DNA from: Serratia phage vB_SmaM-Kodama
Sequence record: ON287376.1
Length of the DNA: 40,000 nucleotides
Strand: one strand, 5' to 3'
In this document: positions 17,960 through 26,682 of the stretch, piece by piece
Position numbering within the stretch: position 1 is the stretch's first letter
Layout of the letters: each line of letters starts with the position of its first letter
The notes under the pieces: model-generated
Seen by the model: only the letters and a program-made list of their open reading frames with translations
Told to the model about the DNA's origin: nothing
Database searches by the model: none
Made by a program: the position numbers and the translations under genes

Positions 17960-18568
17960 TCACTTCTTAGTCAACAGCTTTTGTAACTCTGCTACAGTTT
18001 GTCTCAGGGATGCATTGGCTTGTTGCTCTTGGAGTAACTGAGCGTAAGTCGATGTTCTGTTTTTGATAGCAGCTTGACGAGCCGCTTCCAGAGCATCAGC
18101 ATCTTCTGGAGTAATAGCAGTAGTCGCAGGGATTTGATCCAGGTTCATCGTAGGCGTTACACCAAACGTATCGCTGATAACATTACCTACTTGTTCCAGT
18201 AAGAAATCAAACGAGACGTTCAGAGGAATCGGACCCAACTGAGCCGAGATAATCGCAATCCCATAGTTGGACATTGCAATCCCAGGATACTTCTCAATGT
18301 AGGTATCAGGAACCTGAATAACTGCACCGGCGTCACTCGAGAGTACGCACATTGTAGCATCGGCAGCTAAGTCTTCTTGGTACTTCTCCTGACTCAATCC
18401 CTTAGGTTGATAATGGACTTTGAAGATATCCACACCATCGAGAGAGATCATTTCTCGGAACTTGCGAAGAGCGATACAAGTGTAGAGAAGAGTAGGGTCA
18501 GCAGCCCAAGGGGACTTCAGACTCCAGATACCACGCATCGGTATCGAAGGCGTATTTTTCACTACCAT
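17960..18568 (-). CDS. hypothetical / putative virion protein (202 aa)
   Basis: Long ORF immediately downstream of a structural-like gene on the same strand. Confidence 0.55.
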   Translation of the reverse strand: MVVKNTPSIPMRGIWSLKSPWAADPTLLYTCIALRKFREMISLDGVDIFKVHYQPKGLSQEKYQEDLAADATMCVLSSDAGAVIQVPDTYIEKYPGIAMSNYGIAIISAQLGPIPLNVSFDFLLEQVGNVISDTFGVTPTMNLDQIPATTAITPEDADALEAARQAAIKNRTSTYAQLLQEQQANASLRQTVAELQKLLTKK

Positions 18569-18571
18569 TTA

Positions 18572-19873
18572 TTAGTCCTTAGAGAACCCGTTTTTAATTG
18601 GTGCCAAATACTGCACTGCGCCCACTGTTGTTGTGAGATAGTAGATGCCACCACGAACAGTACGGGTCATCCCAGTTGGAATGACACTGGTTGCTGTCGC
18701 TTTCTCTGCTGCTTTAAACAACGCGACCATGGCAATGATGAATTCGCGAGTAGCAGGAGGGATCTTACTGAACTCAGGGCTATCGGTAGAGATAGCGGCG
18801 TACTGAGGCCAGAGTGCGTCGAAGTTACTACCCACTGCGTAGTTGCGAATATGGCCGCAAGAGAGGAACGCGATGTTCTGGTAAGTTGAACCAGAGATAC
18901 ACGAGTTCTCCGCCACGTGTGCAGGATCGTAGCCAACGAAGTACTTAGCCGAATAAACCGGAATGTCCTTGACTGGTACAGTCGGGGAATACAACCCAGT
19001 TGATTCGATCTGGTTAGGTAAGGAATACCGATCCCAGATAGGTACCAAGTAAAACTCAGTTGGAGTGAACAGGTCAGGTAGAACCTTTTCCCACTCGTCA
19101 CGCCCGTATTTCGAGTTACTTAAAATGTACTCACGCAGCGCATCTTTAATGTGGTCTAAGTTAGACCCGGCAAAGCCACGAATGATTGCAGTAAACGGGG
19201 CCAGGTAACGCACTTCATCGTTGGTGCGATCTACCCAGGTAAAGTTACCCGTCCAAATTTCTGTTTGGGGTTGATCCCCTATTTTAGCCTGGATACGATC
19301 CGAGTGACTTTTAACCGTAATCGCCTTCAGAATATCGAGTACGTCATTCCCGCTACCCATTAAAAGGTCGATATCATCGACTGGTGGGACGACGTCAATT
19401 TCGAAGTTCGGATATTCCGTACGGAAGTTGGCGTCAGCGTACCAAATATAGACCTCATTCTCTTCACCTGCGGTGGAGATGCGATATTGGATACTGCTTG
19501 GGAAATTATAGTTGCGGTGAGTAACAATTTCACCTACACTACGGAATTCCGCAATGGTGGCGAATTGAGTATTCAACGCCTGAAGCAGACCGGTTGTATC
19601 TTTACCAATGAGGCCCTGAATACTACGGGTATAAAGCCATTGGGATATTTGTAGGGTGATGCTGTAATACGCCAAGTTAAGGTCTACTTTCTGACCGTCC
19701 CGGCGTACATCGAAGGTCATCAGACTGACGTCAGGATAATCCTGAATTCGGTACAGACCTTTCTCGCTACTATACGTAGCGGAGTGAGCTGTAATCTCAC
19801 CGACGGTGGACGTTTGTCCTGGGACGTTGTCGATGAAGTTAGCAATATTGACGAAGCCGTACAGTGTCAACAT
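18572..19873 (-). CDS. putative virion structural protein (433 aa)
   Basis: Long beta-rich ORF; paired with 17960..18568 on the minus strand. Confidence 0.6.
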   Translation of the reverse strand: MLTLYGFVNIANFIDNVPGQTSTVGEITAHSATYSSEKGLYRIQDYPDVSLMTFDVRRDGQKVDLNLAYYSITLQISQWLYTRSIQGLIGKDTTGLLQALNTQFATIAEFRSVGEIVTHRNYNFPSSIQYRISTAGEENEVYIWYADANFRTEYPNFEIDVVPPVDDIDLLMGSGNDVLDILKAITVKSHSDRIQAKIGDQPQTEIWTGNFTWVDRTNDEVRYLAPFTAIIRGFAGSNLDHIKDALREYILSNSKYGRDEWEKVLPDLFTPTEFYLVPIWDRYSLPNQIESTGLYSPTVPVKDIPVYSAKYFVGYDPAHVAENSCISGSTYQNIAFLSCGHIRNYAVGSNFDALWPQYAAISTDSPEFSKIPPATREFIIAMVALFKAAEKATATSVIPTGMTRTVRGGIYYLTTTVGAVQYLAPIKNGFSKD

Positions 19874-19930
19874 ATCCAGTTTTCTCCAAAAATAAAATTA
19901 TGATAATTTGCAACGCAGGAGGCTTCCGCC

Positions 19931-20362
19931 GTGAACCTTTTGATTTTGAGAATCATCCCGTACCTGTACTACTTCATTAGGGAGCAGTATAGAGCGGACG
20001 TGGAAGGGAGACCCCCAACCAAGAAGCAAAGGACGAAGTACCGTACGATCATCTCCGTACTGACCATTTTCATCATCGTAGCTGGCGTATACCTTGGGTA
20101 TAACAAGTTCGTTGATCGCAACATGGTTTGTGTAGATGAAAGGAAAGTCGAAACCTTACCATCTTCGATTGGTGTTGTTTCTCGCGAAACGTACGAAAAA
20201 GATGTGCGATTACTTATTCGGGAAAGTGTTGAGAAGGATTTCTTGAACGACAACCTTCGGGCCGAAGTCAAGAAGCTCTGCGACAAACATCCAACCGATT
20301 GTAACGAAAATACCCATCACATGATTGACCAGAGTAACAAAGTAAACCCGAACGGAAAGTAG
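19931..20362 (+). CDS. putative single-pass membrane protein (143 aa)
   Basis: TIISVLTIFIIVAGVYLGYNKFV TM segment plus charged soluble C-terminal region. Confidence 0.55.
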   Translation: MNLLILRIIPYLYYFIREQYRADVEGRPPTKKQRTKYRTIISVLTIFIIVAGVYLGYNKFVDRNMVCVDERKVETLPSSIGVVSRETYEKDVRLLIRESVEKDFLNDNLRAEVKKLCDKHPTDCNENTHHMIDQSNKVNPNGK

Positions 20363-20418
20363 TAGTTAAAAAATACGATGGTTCCGGTTAGTTTGTAAAT
20401 AATATCAGGAGCTATCGA

Positions 20419-21999
20419 ATGACTATCGACGACATCCAAGAGGGCCTTTGGGCACCGGGTGAATTTAACGCGGTGTTATACACCGATGGTGGCTCTAACC
20501 AGGATACTTTGTTATCGGGTTGGTCTATCCATGGTTACGTTTATCCGCTGGTAGAAGAGAAGAAGAACGAATTCACAAAGGCCAAAGGTGTCCCGAGTAA
20601 CTACGGGTATGTCGATGGCCGTACAACAACTCCTTCTCGTAATTTGGGTACTGATCGCACTTACAAAGGTTCGAAAGGTACCCCTTTATTTCCGTACCCG
20701 GTAAACCCGGACGCGGCACCAGTAGTACCAATGCATTACCTTGATTTCTACGGTGGGCAACATGCCACCACGAATAACTACGCAGAAATGACCGGGTTAA
20801 TGGTCGCTCTGCAATTCATCGAAAAGTTCCAACCTAAGCAAGCCTTCATCTTACCTGACTCAGAGTACGCTCTGAAAGGTCTGTTGGTCTGGCGCCAGGG
20901 TTGGGAACGTAATGGTGGTAAGAACTCTAAAGGGATTATTACTCCTAACTGGGAATATTGGAAGCAGATCTACGAATTGTACGATCGTGTAGTAGCTGCC
21001 AATCATACCGAGTTGTTCTTCACTCACGTATACGGCCACAGTGGCGATGCGGGTAACGAGAAAGCCGACTACAACGCTAACTGTGCGATGATCCTGCAGC
21101 GTGATGTTCCGGGCACTGCGAAGTTCCTGGTAAGTGATGCAAAAGGGTATATTCAGAAAACGAAAATAAGTAATCGTCTCTTAGAGCAACGTTGGTGGTA
21201 TGCGACCAACGATCGTGCTTCCAACAAATATGACTTCGACGAACGTCATTTTTACTTCTTCGGCAATCACGGGAAAGCTGAGGATGAGGAAGACCTGATC
21301 GGTAAATCGACCGCTACTGCTAAGGTATCGATTCTGCTAATGAAAGAGCCAGAGCCGGTACTGGAGTTATTAGGGGAGTTTCTGAAGAATCAGTTCTACG
21401 ATGGCAGCAACGTGATGACATTGGGGTACTTGGAAAATATCCTTCAACCTGAACGTTACGCTAACTTGTTAACTCACGGGCAAGCTGTGCTGTGGGATGA
21501 TAAGTCTCGCGATTTGCTGTCGACTCCGGATAAAGTACCCGTCCTTAAAGAGTTACGTCCAACGTATCTCGGATATACGCTGCTCGACAAGTTCGATGGT
21601 CTGGTAGGCGTACTGGAGAAATATCTGAAAGGTAACTCATCTGTGGTCGTCACCGACATTACGGATAAGTGCCTGGTTACAACGCAGGAAGGTAACAAGA
21701 AGCCGGTAACTAAACCTACCGATGCTATCAACCCTCCGCATAAAGCGTTTACGGTCGAGTTGAATTATCTCATGGGAGGTAAGGAAGGCAAGACTAAGGT
21801 TAAGCTCAAGTTGGGTCAAGATATCCCACTGCGTAACACCTTAAACGCAATTGGTACTTCGGAGACGAAAGTCTACGCAATTACCTGGCCAGTAGCACCG
21901 ACCGCATTCCGTTATGGTACGATCGTAGAAGAGAACGGAGAGCTGTTATTCAGTTGCTCTTTAAGTTCCAATCTCTACGAGCTTACAGGCAAACTATGA
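20419..21999 (+). CDS. RNase HI-like domain protein with large uncharacterised C-terminal region (526 aa)
   Basis: NAVLYTDGGSNQ, NNYAEMTGLMVAL, LPDSEYALKG, HVYGHSGDAGNEKADYNAN: the D-E-D-H/D catalytic set of RNase HI. Confidence 0.85.
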   Translation: MTIDDIQEGLWAPGEFNAVLYTDGGSNQDTLLSGWSIHGYVYPLVEEKKNEFTKAKGVPSNYGYVDGRTTTPSRNLGTDRTYKGSKGTPLFPYPVNPDAAPVVPMHYLDFYGGQHATTNNYAEMTGLMVALQFIEKFQPKQAFILPDSEYALKGLLVWRQGWERNGGKNSKGIITPNWEYWKQIYELYDRVVAANHTELFFTHVYGHSGDAGNEKADYNANCAMILQRDVPGTAKFLVSDAKGYIQKTKISNRLLEQRWWYATNDRASNKYDFDERHFYFFGNHGKAEDEEDLIGKSTATAKVSILLMKEPEPVLELLGEFLKNQFYDGSNVMTLGYLENILQPERYANLLTHGQAVLWDDKSRDLLSTPDKVPVLKELRPTYLGYTLLDKFDGLVGVLEKYLKGNSSVVVTDITDKCLVTTQEGNKKPVTKPTDAINPPHKAFTVELNYLMGGKEGKTKVKLKLGQDIPLRNTLNAIGTSETKVYAITWPVAPTAFRYGTIVEENGELLFSCSLSSNLYELTGKL

Positions 22000-22376
22000 T
22001 CAAACTGTTGTTTTGTTTAATAGGTCGAAAGTATCTGAATGATAAGGGCCGGCGTATGCTGGTCCTCGGATCACTCTACGCAATTCTTCGTAAGAAGAAA
22101 AGTGTAACGACCTCCATGGAAGAACTGAACGAGAAAATGAATATCGCGATCGATTGCCGCGGTCTTCAGTTAGCTGCGATCCTTCCCGAAATCCTTTGGG
22201 ACAAAAGAAAACGCGAACGTTTGGAATCACTTCCTCCTGAAAGGCTGGTACGCTATTATTCACAGCTGCTGCCTACGTGGTTGAAATACGATCACCAAGG
22301 GAACAACTTTAATTTCGAGAATGATCTTCAACGGGTCACTGATCTCGCCTCAGCGAATCGTCATTTTGTTAGTTGA
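21996..22376 (+). CDS. hypothetical protein (126 aa)
   Basis: ATGA start-stop overlap with the RNase H gene; supports start at 21996 rather than 21954. Confidence 0.6.
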   Translation: MIKLLFCLIGRKYLNDKGRRMLVLGSLYAILRKKKSVTTSMEELNEKMNIAIDCRGLQLAAILPEILWDKRKRERLESLPPERLVRYYSQLLPTWLKYDHQGNNFNFENDLQRVTDLASANRHFVS

Positions 22377-22398
22377 TATCGAAAATAGAAAAAGGTAA

Positions 22399-22430
22399 CC
22401 CAGAGAGCCGTAAAGCTCTCTGGGCCCTTA
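22399..22430. terminator. bidirectional terminator at convergent junction
   Basis: cccagagagc-cgtaaa-gctctctggg; A-rich upstream (gaaaaagg), T-rich downstream. Confidence 0.75.
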
Positions 22431-22443
22431 TTTGTTTTATTAC

Positions 22444-23313
22444 TTAGCGAGGCAGAACAGACAACAGTTTTTTAGCTGTGTCATCCATTGCTTGCTTGTG
22501 GCTGGCGAAGCGAGTATAAACCGCCGCGTACAGCTCAACCATCTCTGCAACGTCGTAAGTAACTTCAGACAGTTCTTTGATGGATTTAGGATTGAAACGA
22601 TACGGCAAGTTACTGTCTTTGATTTGGACAGCCAGGGTATCGAGCATCTTACCGATGTTATCGACAGATGCGTTCACCAGATCCATGTTAGAGCTGCTCA
22701 GACCTTCACCCATGGCTTTGGTCAGGTTCATGGCTTCAATCGTGTCAGCGTTACGCTGAGCGCAATCACCGTACTTACGAATAACCGTACGCTGGTTACC
22801 GGAAACAGGTTCAGCGATAGCTTTCAACATACCTTGAACGTCTGCTTGCTTGATCGTAATGATCTTACCAACCGCGCTCATTTGCTCAGGGCTAGTAATC
22901 GCAGTAGCCAGGAACTTCTCGAACGGCTTCAGGTAGTTGTCGTACATGTTGATAGAGAACTCTACCGGATGACGATACGCATCCAGGTATTCCAGCCAGG
23001 TAACATCCAGGCCAGGGGTAACCGGTACACGTTGGTCGATGATATCGATATACGGTACGTTTGCCAAACGCTGCTGCAGTTTAGCAATGTTAGGATCACG
23101 AGTCGCCAGCACATCGGTCGCTTCCGGCTCGATATCCATGGAGAAGCTGCTCGAAACCTTTTTAAGGAAGTCACTGAACTTATTGATCAGTGGCATCAGA
23201 GGACGATGCAGAGCTAGTGCTTCATTAGACGGAGCTGTCATAGGGACAACCTTGACCAACTCGACCAAAGCGGTCTGCTCAGCTTTAATAAGAGAAAGGG
23301 AATGCTTTTTCAT
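22444..23313 (-). CDS. hypothetical / putative virion protein (289 aa)
   Basis: Long helical ORF; preferred over the antisense 22432..23217 ORF by composition and terminator context. Confidence 0.6.
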   Translation of the reverse strand: MKKHSLSLIKAEQTALVELVKVVPMTAPSNEALALHRPLMPLINKFSDFLKKVSSSFSMDIEPEATDVLATRDPNIAKLQQRLANVPYIDIIDQRVPVTPGLDVTWLEYLDAYRHPVEFSINMYDNYLKPFEKFLATAITSPEQMSAVGKIITIKQADVQGMLKAIAEPVSGNQRTVIRKYGDCAQRNADTIEAMNLTKAMGEGLSSSNMDLVNASVDNIGKMLDTLAVQIKDSNLPYRFNPKSIKELSEVTYDVAEMVELYAAVYTRFASHKQAMDDTAKKLLSVLPR

Positions 23314-23418
23314 GGAATAAACCTTTAGATCCGAAATGAAGGGACTTCAACATAAAAATAAATGTATCCCTCCATTAGAATGAACACAAGTTTCTTTATC
23401 GAACAGGATTAATAACGA

Positions 23419-24843
23419 ATGAGTAATTTCAGCTTGAGTATCGGCGGCGTAGTCGGGAAGGACAAAGCTGCAGACGCTACAACACCTAAGTTAAACGTAG
23501 GGTGTCTGTTCGACCACTTCTCTGGTCGTTATACACCAGGTAAACACGGAGAGATGATCCTCAACGGCGGCTTCTCTTATATCAATGCTGTAGTAGGCGA
23601 GAACAACCAGTTCAAATCTACCCTGTCCGATTACTTCATGTTGAAGGCGCAGGAGAACTACTACGCGGCCACCAACAGTTTCTACTACGAGACTGAAGGC
23701 TCTAAAGACGTATCCGGTCTGATGTACCGTGCAGCACGCTGTCCACAGATCCAGGCCGAAGGTATGGAAGAGAACGATAAGTTCTTCTTCTCTAACATGC
23801 TGAAAATGTCCGGTAACGCCTACTGGGACATTCGTAAGGAATACGGCGACGCTAAGACCGACAAGAAAAACAAAGTCAGTCAGTTGACCACTCCTTTCGT
23901 TAACGTGGACGGTTCATCTATTACGATGTTCCCGCCAACGCTGGAAGAGATCGATAGCTGGTCGATGATGTCTTTTGACGCAATCGAACAGAAGTTCGGT
24001 GACGTTGAAATCGGCCACAAAGACAACAACATGATGTTCATGAACGACGGTCGATACAAGACTCAGATCATGATGCAAATGCCAAGTTTGAACGGCCGCC
24101 ACTCTATGTTTACTTTCATGACCGCACACATCGGTTCTAAAGTGAACATGGATCCCAACTCTCCGCCGTCTAAGATCATGGCTGACCTGGCAGCAGGTAA
24201 AGGTCTGAAGAACGCCACAGAGAAGTTCACGTTCGTACCAAATAACATGTGGATGGTGCACAAACGTACTCCTCTGACTGACTCTAACCGCATTCCAATC
24301 TATGGTCGCGGTGAAGCTGGGTCTAAGGACGATAAAGACCTGGTGAAAGTATCGTGCATGAACCTGCGCGGTAAGTTCGGTCAATCGGGCGCGCCTTTCG
24401 AGCTGATCTTCTCTCAGACAGAAGGTCTGCAAGAGCACCTCACGCTGCTGCACTATCTGCGCGATACTAACAAATACTGGGGCATGGATTCTAACAACAC
24501 CAACATGTCGTTGTTGATCTACCCGGAAGTGAAATTCACCCGTAATGCCGTACGCGATAAAATCGATGAAGACTACAAACTTCGTCGTGCTCTGGAGCTG
24601 ACCGCTGGTATGTGCCAGATCAGTAACTTCATGTGGTATCTCGGCCCGCACGTTACTGTGCCGCCTACTGATATCATTGCGAAGGTGAAGGAGCAGGGAT
24701 ACGACATCAACGAACTGCTGGAAACTACTCGCGGTTATTGGCAGTTTGAAGAGATCAAGGAAGAGAAGCATTACCTGTCCGCACTTGACCTGATCAATAT
24801 CGCTGCCGGTACTTACAAGCCGTATTGGATGAAGAAAAAATAA
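23419..24843 (+). CDS. uvsX-like: RecA/UvsX-like recombinase ATPase (474 aa)
   Basis: INAVVGENNQFKSTLSDYFMLKAQ resembles the FKS-type Walker A of T4 UvsX (GPSKSFKSN); MFTFMTAHIGSKV resembles the core RecA-fold strand. Confidence 0.6.
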   Translation: MSNFSLSIGGVVGKDKAADATTPKLNVGCLFDHFSGRYTPGKHGEMILNGGFSYINAVVGENNQFKSTLSDYFMLKAQENYYAATNSFYYETEGSKDVSGLMYRAARCPQIQAEGMEENDKFFFSNMLKMSGNAYWDIRKEYGDAKTDKKNKVSQLTTPFVNVDGSSITMFPPTLEEIDSWSMMSFDAIEQKFGDVEIGHKDNNMMFMNDGRYKTQIMMQMPSLNGRHSMFTFMTAHIGSKVNMDPNSPPSKIMADLAAGKGLKNATEKFTFVPNNMWMVHKRTPLTDSNRIPIYGRGEAGSKDDKDLVKVSCMNLRGKFGQSGAPFELIFSQTEGLQEHLTLLHYLRDTNKYWGMDSNNTNMSLLIYPEVKFTRNAVRDKIDEDYKLRRALELTAGMCQISNFMWYLGPHVTVPPTDIIAKVKEQGYDINELLETTRGYWQFEEIKEEKHYLSALDLINIAAGTYKPYWMKKK

Positions 24844-24858
24844 AGGAGAGCTAGTAAC

Positions 24859-25140
24859 ATGGTACGTCAAGAAGCACGCTTCCACATGGCCATGTTACTT
24901 GCGCAGTATTCTAATCGGATTGCGAACCGCTTTGAAAGCTCGTTCGAACATCGTGAAAGAGTACGGTCAAGTAACAAAGCGGAAATGCTAGAGATCAACG
25001 AGTTCTGGTCAGGGGTACTCAAGAACGATTCCCCTGAAGCATCGCGATATTGCGAAACCCTTCCTGTTGATCGCGGCATTGACGTCTGGTTGGATAGCTT
25101 CAACTCCAAAGTGCTTACCTATATCTTACGATACTGGTAA
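24859..25140 (+). CDS. hypothetical protein (93 aa)
   Basis: RBS aaaggagagc upstream, tightly packed in the operon. Confidence 0.55.
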   Translation: MVRQEARFHMAMLLAQYSNRIANRFESSFEHRERVRSSNKAEMLEINEFWSGVLKNDSPEASRYCETLPVDRGIDVWLDSFNSKVLTYILRYW

Positions 25141-25155
25141 CTGAGGGTCATCGAT

Positions 25156-25650
25156 GTGGCCAAATATAAAATCATGGTATCGGGTTGTAGGGGATACATC
25201 CGATACTATCAATTCGCTAAGTTGATGGATAAGCTCCTAAAGCGCTTTCCTAAAGATGAAGTTATTATCATCGAAGGGGGCGCTAAGGGAACTGATTACT
25301 TAGCTTTCCTCTATGCTTTGCGTCGTGGTTATAAGTGTTTAACTTTTACCGCAGATTGGGACAACCTCGGTCCGAGTGCGGGATACATTCGTAATGCAGA
25401 GATGTTAGAGATCGCCACGCATTGTGCAACCTTCTGGGATGGCAAGAGTAAAGGAACTGCTCACGTTGTACAGAACGCACATCGTTATGACGTCGCACAT
25501 CGCGCATTCACTATCGAGATTCCTAAAAATGAAAAACAGAGAAAAGGCAACAGCACTTGGCGTAAAGCTAATGGCAGAACTCTTTCCAAAATCCGGCAAC
25601 GACACCATGCTCAAAGCCGACCTGGAAAAGTTGAGCGACCAGCAGTTTGA
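25156..25650 (+). CDS. SLOG / DUF2493 (YspA/cpYpsA-related) nucleotide-binding-like protein (164 aa)
   Basis: IMVSGCRGY..., VIIIEGGAKGTDYLAFLYALRRG, ADWDNLGPSAGYIRNAEMLEIA, ATFWDGKSKGTAHVVQNA matches the DUF2493 pattern. Confidence 0.75.
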   Translation: MAKYKIMVSGCRGYIRYYQFAKLMDKLLKRFPKDEVIIIEGGAKGTDYLAFLYALRRGYKCLTFTADWDNLGPSAGYIRNAEMLEIATHCATFWDGKSKGTAHVVQNAHRYDVAHRAFTIEIPKNEKQRKGNSTWRKANGRTLSKIRQRHHAQSRPGKVERPAV

Positions 25651-26206
25651 AGAATTGATGGGACAGATCGCAGCCGGTCGCCCTGTTATTTCTGCAACGA
25701 TTCCTAACATCTCAGGGATCACGCTGAACAACGCTCACTTCAAAGCGATCGGTGATAAATGGGGTGTGGAATTCTTCCACCACCTGATTATGACTGACCC
25801 GGAGACTAACCGTGAGTTCGTTACTCCGCTTCGGTACATGATCGTTCGTGAAGGTGTTGTTCGTCTCCAGCAGATGATCGAGGATAAACAATCTATCCCA
25901 GACGATACTACTCATGTAGACGATTTGACTGGTCAGGTAACAGGGCCGTCCAAAGGTTCTAAGCTGTCCTTCGTGGAAACTAACAACCTGCGTGGCCGTG
26001 GCTTCCTTAAAGTCATTCTGGAAACGATCTCTGTTCGTGGCGGTGACGAAGCCGCTAACCTTAAGTTCGAAGAAGACATCGCTCTCACTGGTGAGGGTAG
26101 TGTAGAAGTAGCGAAAGAGTATGGTAGTGGTGTAACAGCTACTCGTAACTTTGCTACCATTCTTCGTGTTGCTCACCTGGATAACACGCTGGACAAAGGT
26201 TTATGA
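25529..26206 (+). CDS. putative multisubunit RNA polymerase beta-subunit C-terminal fragment (~225 aa)
   Basis: ADLEKLSDQQFEELMGQIAAGRPVIS...GVEFFHHLIMTDPETNREFVTPLRYMIVREGVVRLQQMIEDK...HVDDLTGQVTGPSKGSKLSFVETNNLRGRGFLKVILETI runs colinear with the RpoB C-terminus (...[21 protein letters not shown]...[35 protein letters not shown]...[35 protein letters not shown], recalled from memory). Start assigned to ATG 25529; the track uses 25424. Confidence 0.7.
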   Translation: MKNREKATALGVKLMAELFPKSGNDTMLKADLEKLSDQQFEELMGQIAAGRPVISATIPNISGITLNNAHFKAIGDKWGVEFFHHLIMTDPETNREFVTPLRYMIVREGVVRLQQMIEDKQSIPDDTTHVDDLTGQVTGPSKGSKLSFVETNNLRGRGFLKVILETISVRGGDEAANLKFEEDIALTGEGSVEVAKEYGSGVTATRNFATILRVAHLDNTLDKGL

Positions 26207-26682
26207 TCAAAGAACATTTAGAGTTGCTTGCCGGCCAGGTAAACGACTATCATGAGCGATACATGAGTCGTTATGGTAGTGACGAGCAGACGTTGAATCG
26301 CATCGCAGCTTTCGCTAGCCGGTTCTCTGCCATGTCCCATATTCACACCCTGACTACCAAAGAAAGCCTAACGGCAGTAGCCAAGGAAATGTTTGCTTAC
26401 GAAGAGCTGACAGAATACGTGATGGGTATGCGGTACGCTGCACTGGCTATCTTTACCAAAGACGAACTCTTCGCTATCGCAGACTCGTATGCCGCCAGTA
26501 TTTCAAATGGCAGCTGGGGACGCACGGGTTCAATGGCTAGTCGCCCTAATCTATCGGTACTGCCGACAGACGATACGATCTGGCAGACAACCTACGAAGA
26601 CGTCTCTAACCTTTTCAGAGATAACATCTGGATCATTCCTCTGTTAACTCTGGGGCTAGTGGAGATCTGGAAGGAGATCTAA
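26203..26682 (+). CDS. hypothetical protein (159 aa)
   Basis: ATGA overlap with the preceding stop. Confidence 0.6.
   Translation: MIKEHLELLAGQVNDYHERYMSRYGSDEQTLNRIAAFASRFSAMSHIHTLTTKESLTAVAKEMFAYEELTEYVMGMRYAALAIFTKDELFAIADSYAASISNGSWGRTGSMASRPNLSVLPTDDTIWQTTYEDVSNLFRDNIWIIPLLTLGLVEIWKEI

Noticed and set aside
18377-18889. 170 aa plus-strand ORF
   Set aside because: Spans the junction of two minus-strand genes in antisense; no supporting signals.
22432-23217. 261 aa plus-strand ORF
   Set aside because: Fully antisense to the 289 aa minus-strand gene; His/Arg/Val-rich translation typical of a shadow ORF, and it starts at the terminator hairpin.
25424-25528. N-terminal extension MQPSGMARVKELLTLYRTHIVMTSHIAHSLSRFLK of the RNAP-like ORF
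   Set aside because: Lies inside the conserved DUF2493 coding region in another frame and lacks a clear RBS; the start at 25529 or 25571 is more plausible.
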